A DNA stretch of 64,000 nt, taken from assembly GCF_009914755.1 (NCBI RefSeq), contig NC_060934.1; one strand, given 5' to 3'. The DNA is from the human T2T-CHM13v2.0 reference genome, Homo sapiens. The position numbers were made by a program, and so were the translations under genes. The stretch's first letter is position 1, and the number at the start of each line of letters is the position of its first letter. Below the pieces are notes generated by a model. That model was not told the DNA's origin, made no database searches, and saw only the letters and a program-made list of their open reading frames with translations. Below are positions 29,111-43,135 of the stretch, piece after piece.

Positions 29111-30353
29111 GTTTCTTTTTAACTTTATCAAATAATTTAGCTTGTTTATAAATCGAGATAACCTCCATTTGCCTCCCTCATCCCCCTTCTCAAGAATTAT
29201 TATTCCTTGTAGAATCTTCTGGCTATGGAAAGGAAAGAGCAGAACATTCCTGTCCTCTCCCTCCCGGGTGTAGAAACAAGTCCCTCTCTGAGGCAGGCTT
29301 CCAGGTGAGCCCGGTCAGGGAGGAACAAGGAGGCTACCAAGGCAACTTAGCAGATGCGCCAGTGTCGATGGCTGAGACTCGAGTGGGCAAAGGGAGCTGA
29401 GGCTGAATGTGAAGCAAATCCAAGTTATGAAAACTCCAGCTGTGGCATCATCATCGTGTTCGGCACAATCTTGGGAGCTGAACCCTCTCTGTTTCTCTTT
29501 CTGTATCTTCACTTCTCTGCATCTCTCCCTCCCTCTCTCTTTCAGTCTCTTTCTGTGTCCCTGTCTCACCCTTTCTTTCTATTCTTGGTAACTGGCAAAC
29601 ATTTACAACCCAACTAAAACGCCACCAGGATAAACCTTGTGTTTGCTCTTTGGACGATATTCAATAAATTATAGTAAGCTGCAAATGTCACTGGATTGGG
29701 AACTGTAAGTGCTTTGCCTGTAAGTCTTTAAGCAAAGACCTGCAGCTGAAGCAGTGGTAAGGGGAGCCCCAAGGATAAGCTGCTTTTAATGTGGGGCAAA
29801 GCGGTTTTCATGCAGGTATCTCTGCATTAACCTTGCAGGAGACTGCACAGTGAATGGGGCTGGACTTCGCTGCTTGTCTCTTCAGTGGGTCCATCTCCTG
29901 CCTTCTCTAAAAGTAGATTAGTTCAAACTTATTATCAACAAAAACCTGCCAGAAGATTGCAATTGTGTAACTATGATGCTCATCACTGGAGACCAAACTT
30001 GGGCCATTAAATCCACTGCATTTGTGATTTCGGTGACCTGAACTGCCAATGGAGGTTCTTTGATGTAAAATGTGAGGACAAGAATCAATTGTACCCACCA
30101 GCTCCCTTTAAACTATATCATAAAAATGCAATGGAGCTGTTCCAAGCAAAGGCTGACACTAGTCTCTGCTTGCACAATTCTCTCAGCACCGTCCTCCCAG
30201 CTGGGATATCTCAGTGTCCCTGTCTTCCAAGACCAGGTGGTGGAAACGGGAAATTGCGTTGCATTGATTATTTTCAGCGGAAGAGTTTGCAATTTCCATC
30301 TAGCATGGGAAACATTTTTTTCATGCTCTTTAAGGAAAAGACAAGATTTATGA

Positions 30354-30682
<329 letters not shown>

Positions 30683-30996
30683 CAGATCAGGATTCTGGAA
30701 CATCACCAGGTAGTATTCTTTGTGGGCACACCTGCATCAGCACAGAGTCCCTGGAAGGCCAGCCCTGGAATGTGTTTCACTGATGAGCAGTGTCTTTTTT
30801 TGCAGGCCAACAACTCTGGCGAAGTCCTGCCTTTAGCCTTTACCTTCATAATTTAGCTAAGCTTTTTTGGTTGTTATTCACCATTTTCCCTGCTGTAAGG
30901 CCCTTCTTATGGCTTTATGTATCTTCCCTGTTATCTAATTTGTAAACAAATATAGAACTAGAGCTGATTGGCAGAGGGCAAATGCAGTTACAATTA

Positions 30997-31342
30997 CAGC
31001 TGTCCCCCCTCATCCTCAGGGTTGTGCTCCAAGACCTCCAGCGGATGTCTGAAACCTTGGATAGGACTGAACCCTGTATATACTACGTTTTTATTTCTGT
31101 ATATACATGACTATGATGAGGTTTAATTCATAAATTAGGTACTGTGAGATGAACAACAATAACTAATAATAAAACAAAACAGTCGTAACAATATACTGTA
31201 ATAAAAGTTATGAGAATATGGTTCCTCTGTCTCTCAAAATGTCTTATTGTGCTGTACTCACTTATTCTTGAACCGAGGGTGACCGCAGGTAACCTAAACA
31301 GCATAAAGTGAGACCATGGAGAAGTGGCGATGGGGGATGCTG
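30997..31342 (+). mobile_element. MER44A (TcMar-Tigger MITE), near full length
   Basis: TA|cagctgtcccccctcatcc...gggggatgctg TIRs; internal taaattaggtactgtgagat...ctgtaataaaagttatg matches MER44A. Confidence 0.85.
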
Positions 31343-32834
31343 TGATGAAATGATAGCAAAGGGCCAAACACTGCGTTGTTTTGTTTTGCTTTTTCTTTCT
31401 GTGCTGTGGGCACCCCGGCATCCACTTGTTCTGAGTACGTCCAGAAGCTCCTTCCTAGCTCCCCTTGATTGTCCAAAAGCCACACACAGTGCGTGACGGG
31501 GCAGGGGAAGGAACTGCATCCGGGCCTGGGCTCAGGGCTGGAGCCGAGGGTGTGTGGGCAGAGAACTCGGAAATCAGCCCCCGAATTCCAGTTGTGCTTT
31601 CCCTCTTGAATTACCTGGCTTTCCACCAAGCAGAACTGGAAGCTAGGTTTTACTGGTGTCATCAAGGATCCTGGCTCTTCCTTCAGCGTGGGGGAATGGG
31701 GCATGACTCCGTCTTCCCCGCATTGGGAGAGTGTGGTTCTCTCCCAGGCAGAACTGGGAATTTTTCTGCCCTTTGAGGTCCAGCCGTCAGGCCACCCAGG
31801 TGCCATGGGGCAAGGATTTGATGAACTTCTTACTGCAAAAGTGGAAGCTGCGGTGATAACTCAGGCATTGCTTCAATGTAGATGTTAACATAGGCAAACA
31901 GAAGTGAAAAAATAAAACCCTGCTTGAATAAATGTCCAAGCCTGGCAGAGCAAAAGGTGCAGAGAGGGAGAGTGAGTGATTATTCTCCAGGCAGCCCAGG
32001 GACTGAAGACAGGCAGACCCTGCCCCGCGAGGGAGGCGACAGTTTGCTGTCATTCCAGAAGCAAGGGGCGGGGACACTGTCGCCTGGCTGATGCCAGGGT
32101 GATGAGGACACTTCATCAAGGTGACGTTGCCTCAAGATGTGCCTCCGGTTAGGGTGCAGGAGGCAGACTTGGAGGACAGTTCTGAGGGCGGGCGTGGGCA
32201 TCAGTGCCTGTGGAAGGAAGGGCAGGGAGAAGGCAGGACTGGATGGAGGGAGAGGTTAAGCTGCCATGCTCCACTTCCTCATGTGTCCCAGAGCTGGAAC
32301 CGCCCTCAAGATCTGTTCCTAGTGGAGCCAGGACAGCCAAACCTTTCTGCACTCTTGGGTCAGCCAGGGGTGAGGGCTGCCAGGAAAGAGTGGCCATTGG
32401 GTGAGGCTGGTGTCTGCAGCTGGAAAGGTCTCTGCAGGGGGCTCACCCAACAGAGGAGGAGTAATTTAGGCTGGCTCCCCCGTCCTCGGTCAGTCTTGTT
32501 GTGATGTTATTATTCTATACCAGGTTCTAGTTCTGAGATGGGGATCCTGATGACACAAGGGGGCTTTGTGCGGCCCTGTGAGCCCCAGTCAACCTGAGAG
32601 CCCCTGCCCCGGGGAGGGGTCCCAGCAGAAGAACAGGGCCTGCCTGTGGACAAGCTTGGGTAGGTCTGAATGTGGTCCTCAGAGGGAGGCCTTTGGTTTC
32701 CTAGGCAAATACCCAAGTCTTCACAAAAGAAAGATGCCGTTTGAGAACAGAGACAGAAACTGTCCTTAAACTTTCTGTCTCCCTGCAATAAAATTCCAGC
32801 CAGCAAGTGTGTGTTTACATTCCAGTTCTTCTCC

Positions 32835-33010
32835 TTCTGACTACGTAGCCTTGGACTAGCCCTTCCCTTCTCTGAGTCTCAGCTGTCTCAGCTGTAAATA
32901 AAATGTTCATATCCTCCTTGGTGGGTTGTTTTAGGCTTAAATGCACTCGCAGTAAATGTGACAGGGTTTTGTATATTGAAAGCACATACATTAGATGGTA
33001 TTGTCATTAC
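32835..33010 (+). mobile_element. MIR
   Basis: cccttctctgagtctcagctgtctcagctgtaaataaaatg...gggttgttttaggcttaaatg. Confidence 0.6.
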
Positions 33011-33585
33011 TCTAAGCTTCAGGAATTGGAGACCCAGCTTCCGCTAGGAGAACTGTCTCCTGGAACTGTGATTCTGCCTTCATCTTGGTTCATGAAGCTT
33101 TTGCCAATGGACTTCCTAGGGAGGGGAGAATGTCAGGGCTTCTTCTAGTGATGACAGATGGTATAAAAATGATTTGTCACCAAATACTAAGTATAAATGC
33201 AGACACAGGGCTCACCTGCTCTCACCTGCAAGTGGTAGCAGAAGGAAGGCCGCCTAAAAAGTCAGAGATAAGGAGTGTGGTTTGCATCAGGCCTCAGCAT
33301 AACACCCACGCAGAGAAGGCCAGTCCTAAATTTGCAAAAGCTCAGACTGGGAATTTCATTGATTTTAATTTATTGCTGGTGGCAGGTTGCTGGCTACATT
33401 TCACAGTGGATAGCTTTCAAATGGGTGGGAAAAGAAATCCTTCTCAGCCAACAGACGTCCTATTGAAAATACTTCCCATCTGGGTGGGGAAGTCGGAGGG
33501 CACAGTGGAAAGGTCACTGACAACATCAGTCACTCCGCACATCCCGGGTGCCGAGCAGGAGTCAACACATAAGAGAGGACTGGGG

Positions 33586-33880
<295 letters not shown>

Positions 33881-33969
33881 GAGAGGACTAGGGATTTCTG
33901 GGACAGAGCCCCGCTGATGTGGTGAGGGAGACTCCAGTAGGGGTACTCTGGGTGGAAATGCGTGATGTG

Positions 33970-34075
33970 CATTTATTTATTTAACAAACATTTATCAAGC
34001 GCCCTGTTAAGTCCTGGGATGATAGCAGTGAACAAGATCCAAAAGTTCTCTCCACCAGAGGAGCATGTGTGCTCC
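33970..34075 (-). mobile_element. L2 3' tail
   Basis: catttatttatttaacaaacatttatcaagcgcc...gggatgatagcagtgaacaaga. Confidence 0.65.
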
Positions 34076-34203
34076 TGCATTATTACCTGTGTGATGTCAT
34101 GAGTCGGTGACGATAGTTTTGGGGAGTTCTGCTACAAACATTGTCCTCAGTTTACCAGGGTCCTTCACCTTGTCTGGATCCACAGTTTGAGAAGCAGTTT
34201 CGC

Positions 34204-34284
34204 TGAACCCAGTAGGTGGAGATTGCAGTGAGCCGAGATCGCAACCCTGGACGGCAGCCTGGGCGACAAAGCAAGACTCTGTCT

Positions 34285-34322
<38 letters not shown>
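34204..34322 (+). mobile_element. 5'-truncated Alu right-arm fragment with A37 tail
   Basis: tgaacccagtaggtggagattgcagtgagccgagatcgc...gactctgtctc then A37; no TSD evident. Confidence 0.92.
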
Positions 34323-34324
<2 letters not shown>

Positions 34325-36403
34325 ACATTGTTTTTCATTTTCATTAAAATTGTTTTGAGTCACAACCAAAATTATAAGCAGCAGAAAAATAGAAGTAATC
34401 ATAACTTCCTAGACAAAACAAAAAAATTATATGCTGTGAAGGTAAGACCACCACTAAGGGGGCTGTTCTGAGGCTCAAATGTGATAAGGCAGGTGAAAAA
34501 AGAGAAGATGCTTTCTAGGCACTGAGTCAACATGTCTCATGTTTATTATGACTTTATGGGAACTTTCACAGAAAGGTGCTTAAGAAAAATAAATCAGCAA
34601 GCCAATCTAATGAGAATCTAAAAGAGTCCATATCCTTACACGTTTTTTGAGCAGTCGGGGCTAAAACACATGCGCTGAGTTACAGGATAAAAAGACAAAT
34701 CTGCCGATTAACGATTTTCAGATTGAGACAGAACTCTCCTGTGCTTACCTGGCTCTCTGCTATGAGGCTTGATGGGGGTACTGGAGGGTGGAGGGTGGGG
34801 TGAGAAGTAACCCACCCTGCCCTCAGGGGGTTCACAGTTTTGCGGGACAGGCTTCTATGAGACTATCTTGAGGCTGCTGAACTGACCAGCCCAGTGCAGC
34901 CTCTCCCGCCCACATCTCCGCATGGGATGGCTCAGCCATCTCTGCATGATGCTAATTTTTAAATTTGCTCAATAAGTAACAGTGAGAGACATTATCCTAG
35001 GTACGTGGTGCCTACTGGAGTCTTCCACTTTGTTTTTGATTCCAGGTCTCAGTTCATCCATCAATGAAAAGAGGCTTAGTGAGAGTGACAGTGAGACTTC
35101 ATGCGGCTGGAGGGAGATGGACTATGACAATGTGGGTAAAAGGCTTGCTCTCCGCAGTACAGCTTCTATAACCGGTGACTATCAATGTTATAAACAGGCC
35201 ATTTTGAGATACAACTTTTCATCAATATCATCTTCAGCCAACAAATCAAAACAAAACAAACTCCCAGAGGTTTTCTGTAATCAGTGGCAGTGCTGCTGGT
35301 GGCAGTGGTTTCCAGCAGTGAGAATGGTTGCCAAACGGCCCTGTCTCCTGCCCTTTCCCCATCATTTCTAGACATTTCTAATGTCTACGTTTCTTTTTTC
35401 TGCTTTGGGGCTTAAAAAATGTATGTCCCTGTTGGTCCTGACCACACATGCCAACTGACTGATGACTTTAATTATTAATGAATTGTTTGTGCACACTGAT
35501 TATGCCCCAACTTGTTTATTTTTAAACTCTGAAGTTGTTGTAGTTAAAAAATCAGGGAAAGTAAATATTTGGAAATAAAATACAGAGGTATAAGTATTTA
35601 TGAGGTTATATCTCAGAAAGACATGAAGGGGAAAAGAGAAATAAGTTTAAAAATAGTTAAGAACTAAGCATACTGATTTCAAAACACCTAAGACAAGTTT
35701 GTCTCTAATTTTTGAACTATGCAATTAATGTTTTTCGATTCTCCACCTTGAACTATTTATAAACACACCTATATTCATATATCAGTGCAGGTAGGCAGTG
35801 AGTGTATATTTTGTACAGTTTCTAATTTAGTGAAATGAATTGCTTAAAGAGTAAACAGGATGGTCACGTATAAATCAAAGTACCAAATCTGCATTTGAGA
35901 AAAAAAGAAAGTTTCTGCATCACCATTTGCCTTCAACATTTTGTTGAGTGACATTTGCTTCAATTCAGGATACCTTGTTGACAGCAAAGCCAGAAGCTGA
36001 TTATTCCACAGGCTTCTTAAGACCAATAAATTCTGCTAATTCCAGCCATTATTCAGCCGTCCCTGTAGTGCTGAGCTTAGAAATGTGGTTCCCTGTCTCT
36101 TGAGCACCGCCCATTGCCCAGATGGTCACCTTCCAGGGCAAGACACACATGACCTGCATCTGGTGACCCTGGCCCTGTCTTTGGGGGAGAGACCCTGCTG
36201 GCCATGGGGTGCTGCAGAGGGTTGGAGGCTCACAGGCCACACATGGCTCGTGGGCGGGTCCTTGGCATTTATTGCCTCTGTCGTATCTGTGCCTTCTCTA
36301 CCCTCATTAGCAGCAATGCCCCTGAGCTCAGAAAGAGAGAAAAGCCAGCCTGGCTCTCAGAGGTCAGACTTCACCAGAGCATCCTCCCTGTAGCTTTATA
36401 ATT

Positions 36404-36407
<4 letters not shown>

Positions 36408-36438
<31 letters not shown>
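36408..36438. repeat. (AG)n microsatellite
   Basis: About 15 AG units. Confidence 0.95.
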
Positions 36439-36442
<4 letters not shown>

Positions 36443-38300
36443 GAAGCCGGTAACTCAGCATCCTGTGTCAGTTACTGACCTGTGCCTCCTCCCACACTCT
36501 GATGGAAAGATCTGTGGCCCTTGATCCTAAGAATGCCAGCCCCCGGCAGCCCATCTCCAGTCCACTCAGGATCTGTGTGAGCGACAGCCACCGCTCTTAG
36601 GAACAGGCTGGCAGATCCGGGCAGGGTGTGGGGACAGGAAGCTGCCAGCCTTCTTTGCAATTCAGATGGTAATGTTCTCCTGGGCTTGTTTACCATCTGC
36701 TGGGCACACAGACATTTCTCTATTTGGTCATTAATTAATGTCCTAACTACAAAGCCACAGCAAACGTGCAAAACTGGTATTTCTGAGGCACTTGTTTACA
36801 AAGTGTATACAACTGCATTCCGCTCAGAATGTTAAGACTTTTGCTACTCAAGAATTGCCCATCCTGCAGTTCGTTTGAATCCTTTAAAACAAATTTTTAG
36901 GTCACAAACTCATTCCATGTAATAGCTCAGAGGTTAGTTAAATAAGTGACATCTGAATTTTATTTTATTTTTAACGTTTTCCCTAAAAAAGGAACGTTAA
37001 ATCCAAACAGCACAAAGATACCCTTATTCCTTTAACAATCTTGTGATTGTATTTGAAGCTTAGGGCATAAAGGGACATGCGCTGAGATTTTCTCAGTTCA
37101 CCCTCCCTTCTTCTTGACTGTAACACCTGCCTCTTCAAGTCCAAGACAGAATCCCAGTCTTGGTCTTGTCCCCTGAAAACTTGGTTGATCAGGGTCTTGA
37201 GCTTGGACCAGTAGGGTCCTGTTTAAATTCACCATGCGACCGTGGATGCATCTCAAAGTGTCTACATTTCAGCTTCCTTAACTTTGAAATGTGATTTTGG
37301 ATGAGTGACCTGCCACTACAGTCCTTTTCCAGAGGAGGAAAGGTTACCAGAGGGGTGTTGAGGACTCATGGCGCTGTGGCTTCTGCAGACGCAGTCACCT
37401 GCAAAACGACTTGGACATTTTGGCGGGATTAACTTGGGAACCAAGGAGGAGAATAATCAGTCCCCATCATGTGATAACAGAAGGAGCCTGTGACTTCCTA
37501 GCCCCCTTGGGTGAAATCCCAGAAAATCATCCATAGGGATCTTTTGGATAAGAGCAGAGGTGCTGGGCATTGTTTATTCATTAAATCTGCCTTAAAACAA
37601 CTGAGCCCTCCTGTAGGATATGTCCACCAGCCCAAAGAGCTGACCACTTCCAAGAGTGGTTGCTATGAGTCTAGAGGTAACATCTCCCCATTTCCATTTC
37701 TTTGACTGGGAAAAGTTGGACAACGGGCTAAGTTTTCTGGATATGGAATCAATGTAACTTCACTTTCTACAGAAGAACAGTCATCCTTATCCTAATCAAA
37801 TCAGAAAGGACAGCCCAGCCAGGATTTGGAGTAAGTAAATGGGAGAAGGATTAAAAAGTGACTTTGAAGGTCCCTGCAGCCCTGGACTCCATGAGCTGAT
37901 GTCCTGTTGCCTGGAGTGTCGGGGGTCCTCCTGGTCTCCTTGCTTTGTGCTTCCAGAAAGTGCCTCCAAGGAGGGCCTAGACTGCCATTGTCCCTGATGC
38001 CACAGTGAGCATGGACAGGGAGGCCCACGCACCCACAAGTGTGTGTCGGCACCATGGTGGAGAGAGGTGAGGCCCAGCAAAGGTTCGGATGCAGCCTATT
38101 ATGACTGGGACTTCTTCCAATGGGAAGCCTGGCTCCAAAGGTTGCTCCTCAGAGGGCAGTGGAAGGTTGCGAGGCTGAGTTGCCAAGCAGGTGGAGAGGA
38201 TGCCAGCTCACCTGGCTCCTTCAAAGCCCACTCTGAAATGGCAGTGAGTCTGAGGCCTGGAGGGTTCAAACCCAGGTGGAAATTACCGGATTAGCTATGA

Positions 38301-38735
<435 letters not shown>

Positions 38736-39149
38736 TAGGTCTAATGATCACCTTAAAATAGTGGCCAAATATTGGCCTTGGGAGAACATCCCCGAGGAGG
38801 GAATGTTCCCTTCCCCAGCCACTTCCCCTGCCCCGGTCCCTGTCCCTGCTGCAGCTACTGGGACTGAGTCCCACCACGTGGTTCATGGAGGCTGACCCAG
38901 GGAAGGACCTGCCCAGCCCCCATGCAGGGCATTCTTGCATTATCTGGGAAATTCTTCTGGCTTCTCCGTACCTGTTGAGACTGCAGAATGGGTGACATTT
39001 GCTGAGCTGCCGAACAACAATCCCTCTAAACCATTCTGAGCACGAACACCTGTATTCACCCTTTTGGGAAATTTAGTGCTCTAGGCAGCACTTTCTCCGG
39101 GCTGCTACCCTCAACATGTGTGCACCTCCCCGCCAACTGCCTCTGAGCT

Positions 39150-41200
39150 GGCAGTCAGGCAGCAGCACTAGCTACTCTATTGCCATTGACTCTGTTAATT
39201 AAAACTGACACACACGTGCAAACAACAACCACCCCATCCCCAGCAAATTCGAAAAACAAAGCCAAACAAAACACTTCAAACTATTTTCTCCTGGACAGCC
39301 TTTGACCTCCTTGTAGGCAAAGCTGGGAGAAATACCTCTCCTTAATGGCTTAAATCGATCAAAACACCTCCTCGATTGATAAACATGCCGGGTTTATATT
39401 ATGATTACTGCATACAATTTTCTGTCACTGTTAATTTATTTGAAAGTCTTAACCTGGCAGGGTATGACACCAGCAGTATTTTATAATGAGAACTGCGGAA
39501 ATAAATCATCCCCTCCAAATAGTACAAAGAAAGCACTACCCGATCCTTCAATACAGCAGTGGCAGAATAGAATAGGCTCGTCATGCAAACAGACAGACGC
39601 ATCAGCCGGGGTGAAATCCCCAGGCTCTGTGCTCTTTAAGTGCCTTACGAATAATTTGGACTCATGTAGGTCTTTCATCTATGATGTCCAAGTGCTTTGA
39701 ATGGTGGAATGCTAAGCTCTCTCTTCATTTAGAGGGGAAAATATCAAGGCACAGAAAGGTTCCATCTCTGGTCTACAACCTGACTCCAAGCTCAGCACAG
39801 ACTTGGTATCGCCAGCACCTGAACTTGGAGTCTAACCCCCAGCGGAAACGCTCCCAGCTCATTCTCCTTCACACAGACAGAGGCCGATGCAGGCAAGGGG
39901 TCTTGAGGAGGAGGCGCCGGAGAGAGACCTGGAGAAAACCATCAGGATGAGGAGACGCGTGGGTCCCCTCGCTGCCTGCGTCTGCCCCGGCCCCAGCCGG
40001 CCATACCAAGGAGGGCACTGGGCCCGGGGCGCACCCAGTCTGCGTGGACGCTGCTCCATTAGGCCGCTGTTCAGTAGTTGCGGGATATCCAGACAATATT
40101 GAAACATTCCCAAATGAACTTTGCATAGAGACATTTTCATTCGCTGCCTCCCTCCTCATGCATATTAACAAATGGTATGCGCGGCCTCATTTAATTCACT
40201 GATTTTACATTCGGATCACTTTCTCTTTTACAGCTATTTTTACCGGGCTTCATTAATCTTTGTTGAATACAATGGCATACATCTTTAATGCGGCCGCTGT
40301 CAAGTCGTATTTCACCAAGAGCTGCAAACTGAATGACAGCAAGCAATATTAATAAATTTAACATAGACTATATCAATTTTTAACAGAATGAATGTGGAAA
40401 GCTAAATGTATTATTTTTCGTTTAAATCATAGGGTTTATCACCGGTTAAGTAGCAGCGATTTCGGGGAAACTTGTGACGTGCCATACAAATAGATTTACA
40501 TCTCATTAATAAGTAAATTAGGCAAATGCCTTTCAAGTTCAGACAAGTACATAAGTGTAATCTCCATATTAAAGGAGTAGTCTTTGATAAACCACTGAGG
40601 AATTGTGGCAGCCAAGGATGTGACATGTCACCAGAGCTGGTGCCTGGTCTACAGGCCCACCTTTAATTACTCTCCATTACTAAAGAGAGAAGTGTCTCTC
40701 CAGTTAAGATTCTATAAATGAACAGCATGCCGGCACCTCCCAATTCATTTTTGCAGGAGCCATGAAAAGGTGGTAACAGTTATGAACAAAAACGAATTAT
40801 CACCTGCTCTTTCTCTTTTCCTACTCCGCAATAACATGAAAATATTAAGACAAATTCCCTTTAAAATCTCTAAGAGAAATGATTCTGTAAGGATGCTATT
40901 TTGTTTAAGCAAGAAGAGGGGAGGGAGAAGAAGGGGGGGAACTCTGATATATATATATTTAATTTCTCTTCATAAATCCCAACAGAGATAATTTGCTGTA
41001 AAATGTAAACCCAGTGAGAACTTGTCTGTCTGTGTTAAATAAAAAAGTTCCGGTTGGCAGGAGGCATGTTTTTGCAGTAGCTTTAGCGATTATAGGAAAT
41101 TACATGCAAAGCCAGAGTTCTGATCCTAAGTTGATTTATAATTGGAAAAAACTTATTAATTAGCTATGTCGCTCTAATTAAGAATTAGAAGAGTGTGCAT
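39150..41200. promoter_or_regulatory. Candidate developmental enhancer / conserved non-coding element cluster
   Basis: Repeat-free, AT-rich but CpG-retaining. PBX-HOX TGATTTAT (39501-39508 minus; 41132-41139 plus), TGACAG sites, ATCGAT, ATGCATAT, many TAAT/ATTA; GC/CpG-rich core at ~39880-40090. Conservation is inferred, not measured. Confidence 0.5.
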
Positions 41201-42859
41201 TAGGAAGTCAGTAGCCAACTGACAGGAGTTTTTGAAAGCCCAGAAGAGACAGCGGCTCACCCCTCTCGGCCTTGCCCAGCACCCCGGCCTCTTCCCGGAG
41301 CCCCATGCACACTGCAGCCCTCCTATGCGGTGTAAGGCTGCCGTGCAGGGCCATCGCCTGCCCAGCCACAGGGAGAAGCAGAGGGGATAGAGCCTGTGGG
41401 ACCCCCATTGTGCATTGGACGGTTAAGCCCAGGCCAGCCCAGCCACAGGCACGGTGGGGCCACCTTCCCCAGGAATCCAGAAGCTTCTAGAAACACCCCA
41501 CAGCCCTCCATGCCCTCAGCCTGTCCCCCTGTCTCTACCTGGTTCTGTTTCTGTTTCCAAACCGTCTTGCTTTTTCTCTGCTTTTTTGTTAAAGAAGCAT
41601 TCTTACTGATTTTTCTCTATCCACAGACACATTCAAACAAAATAATTAAAGGTTTACAAAAGTGAAGCATTTTCTAGAAACACATGTTTAATAAAAAGCA
41701 AAATTCCAGAATCTTTGAGTCCAGAGCTTCCTCACATTACCTGTTGTTCTTTCCCTTGGATTTTTGTATCTTCAATGGCAAAACCCAGGACTATGAAATC
41801 GCACTTTTATTCTGAATTATTATTAAGCCAGAAAATGAAATGAGGACAAACAACAAGATGAAAACTACTCTCTAAGATAATTGTTCTCTGCAAAAAAAAA
41901 AAAAAAAAAAAAAAAAGATTAATTTTTTTTAACCCAAACTAAACCGTTCACATTTACAAGGATCATTTTCCATATACAGGTTTGCTTTCAATTAGAGCAG
42001 AACAAAAGCTCAAGTGGGCATTGGAGAGAATTCCGTTTTCTTATTTGAATACCAAAAAAGATGTCCCCCAGATAATGATGCTTAAAAAAAAATCTCCCCA
42101 TTAGCACATTTCTCCCATTCTCTTCCATTTGCTGGCAAAACACAAAATTCCTGATACACTTATCTTATGAGGTTAATGATCTTTTGTTGTCTGCTCTAAG
42201 CCTGTTATTCATTTTAAATTAGAGGCAAAGTGGTGTGTTTAAAAGTAATTCAAATGGGAAGTAGTCGTTCTTTAAAATAAGGGGCTTTAATCCCTGTTCA
42301 CAATCATTAGCCTGCACTCAGTTAAAAGAACAAGGTTGTATGGGATAAAGAGCAACTCACTAGATAATTTGGGTGTTCCCTTTAATGAAACTCCAGCGGC
42401 CAGGCAAGGGAGTCCCTCAGCTTCCCGAGCACCTCCCAGCACCCTGTTAATGATGTGGGTTTTCAAGAGACTTTGGGAAGTTACCAGGGAAGCTGGCGGT
42501 CAGAATGCAGTCTGGGACTTGTTTTGTAGGGTTTGCTAGAAGTCCCAGCAAAGATCACCCAGTTTTATGGTGAGCTGAGAATCTACAAGGCAAACCTACT
42601 TTATAATTAAGTCTGAGGATTGCTGCAGTCATACTGATACGATTCAAGACTCTAGAACTTATGGCCGTTCTAACTTATACTCATCTGTAGAGGATCTAGG
42701 AAAAAAACCATTTAAGCAGGTGATCAAACGTGCCAGCCTCTGGCATGAGGAAAGAAAGGCAGGCTCTCCAGGTGCGAGGGACGTGGTCTGAGCTCTGAGC
42801 TCAGAAGGCAAGTCCCCAGTGGTGGTGCCTTCCTGCTGCTCATCCCCACGCCCGGCCCC

Positions 42860-43135
42860 ATCACCCTAGCCTCTCCCTCTTACCCCCAGAACACGTGCCA
42901 AGCCTCCTCCTCCCATCTGCCTGGTGAACTCCTCACCTTGTTGTTAGGTTAGTTGAAAATGTCAAGGCTTCAGCCAAGCTTGGCTCTGACGCCTGCAAGC
43001 CAGACCCCCTCTCAGCACAAGGGGAACCTTTGAAGAGGCACATCTTCCCTGGAGACCTTGTCCTTGTGTTCACATCCCCAGGGTCTAGCAGAGGACGTGA
43101 CACATAGTTGGTGCTTTCTGAATCAGTGAATGAGA
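42860..43135 (+). mobile_element. L2 3' remnant (donor of the 180-bp duplication)
   Basis: ccatctgcctggtgaactcctc...catccccagggtctagcagaggacgtgacacatagttggtgct...gtgaatga. Confidence 0.55.
42929..43108 (+). repeat. 180-bp dispersed direct duplication, copy 1
   Basis: Ungapped match to 45102-45281 with 7 substitutions by manual count. Confidence 0.95.

Noticed and set aside
41893-41916. Isolated A24 tract (also A21 at ~45609) as the tail of a retrocopy
   Set aside because: No recognisable upstream mRNA/SINE body or TSD; treated as a simple homopolymer.
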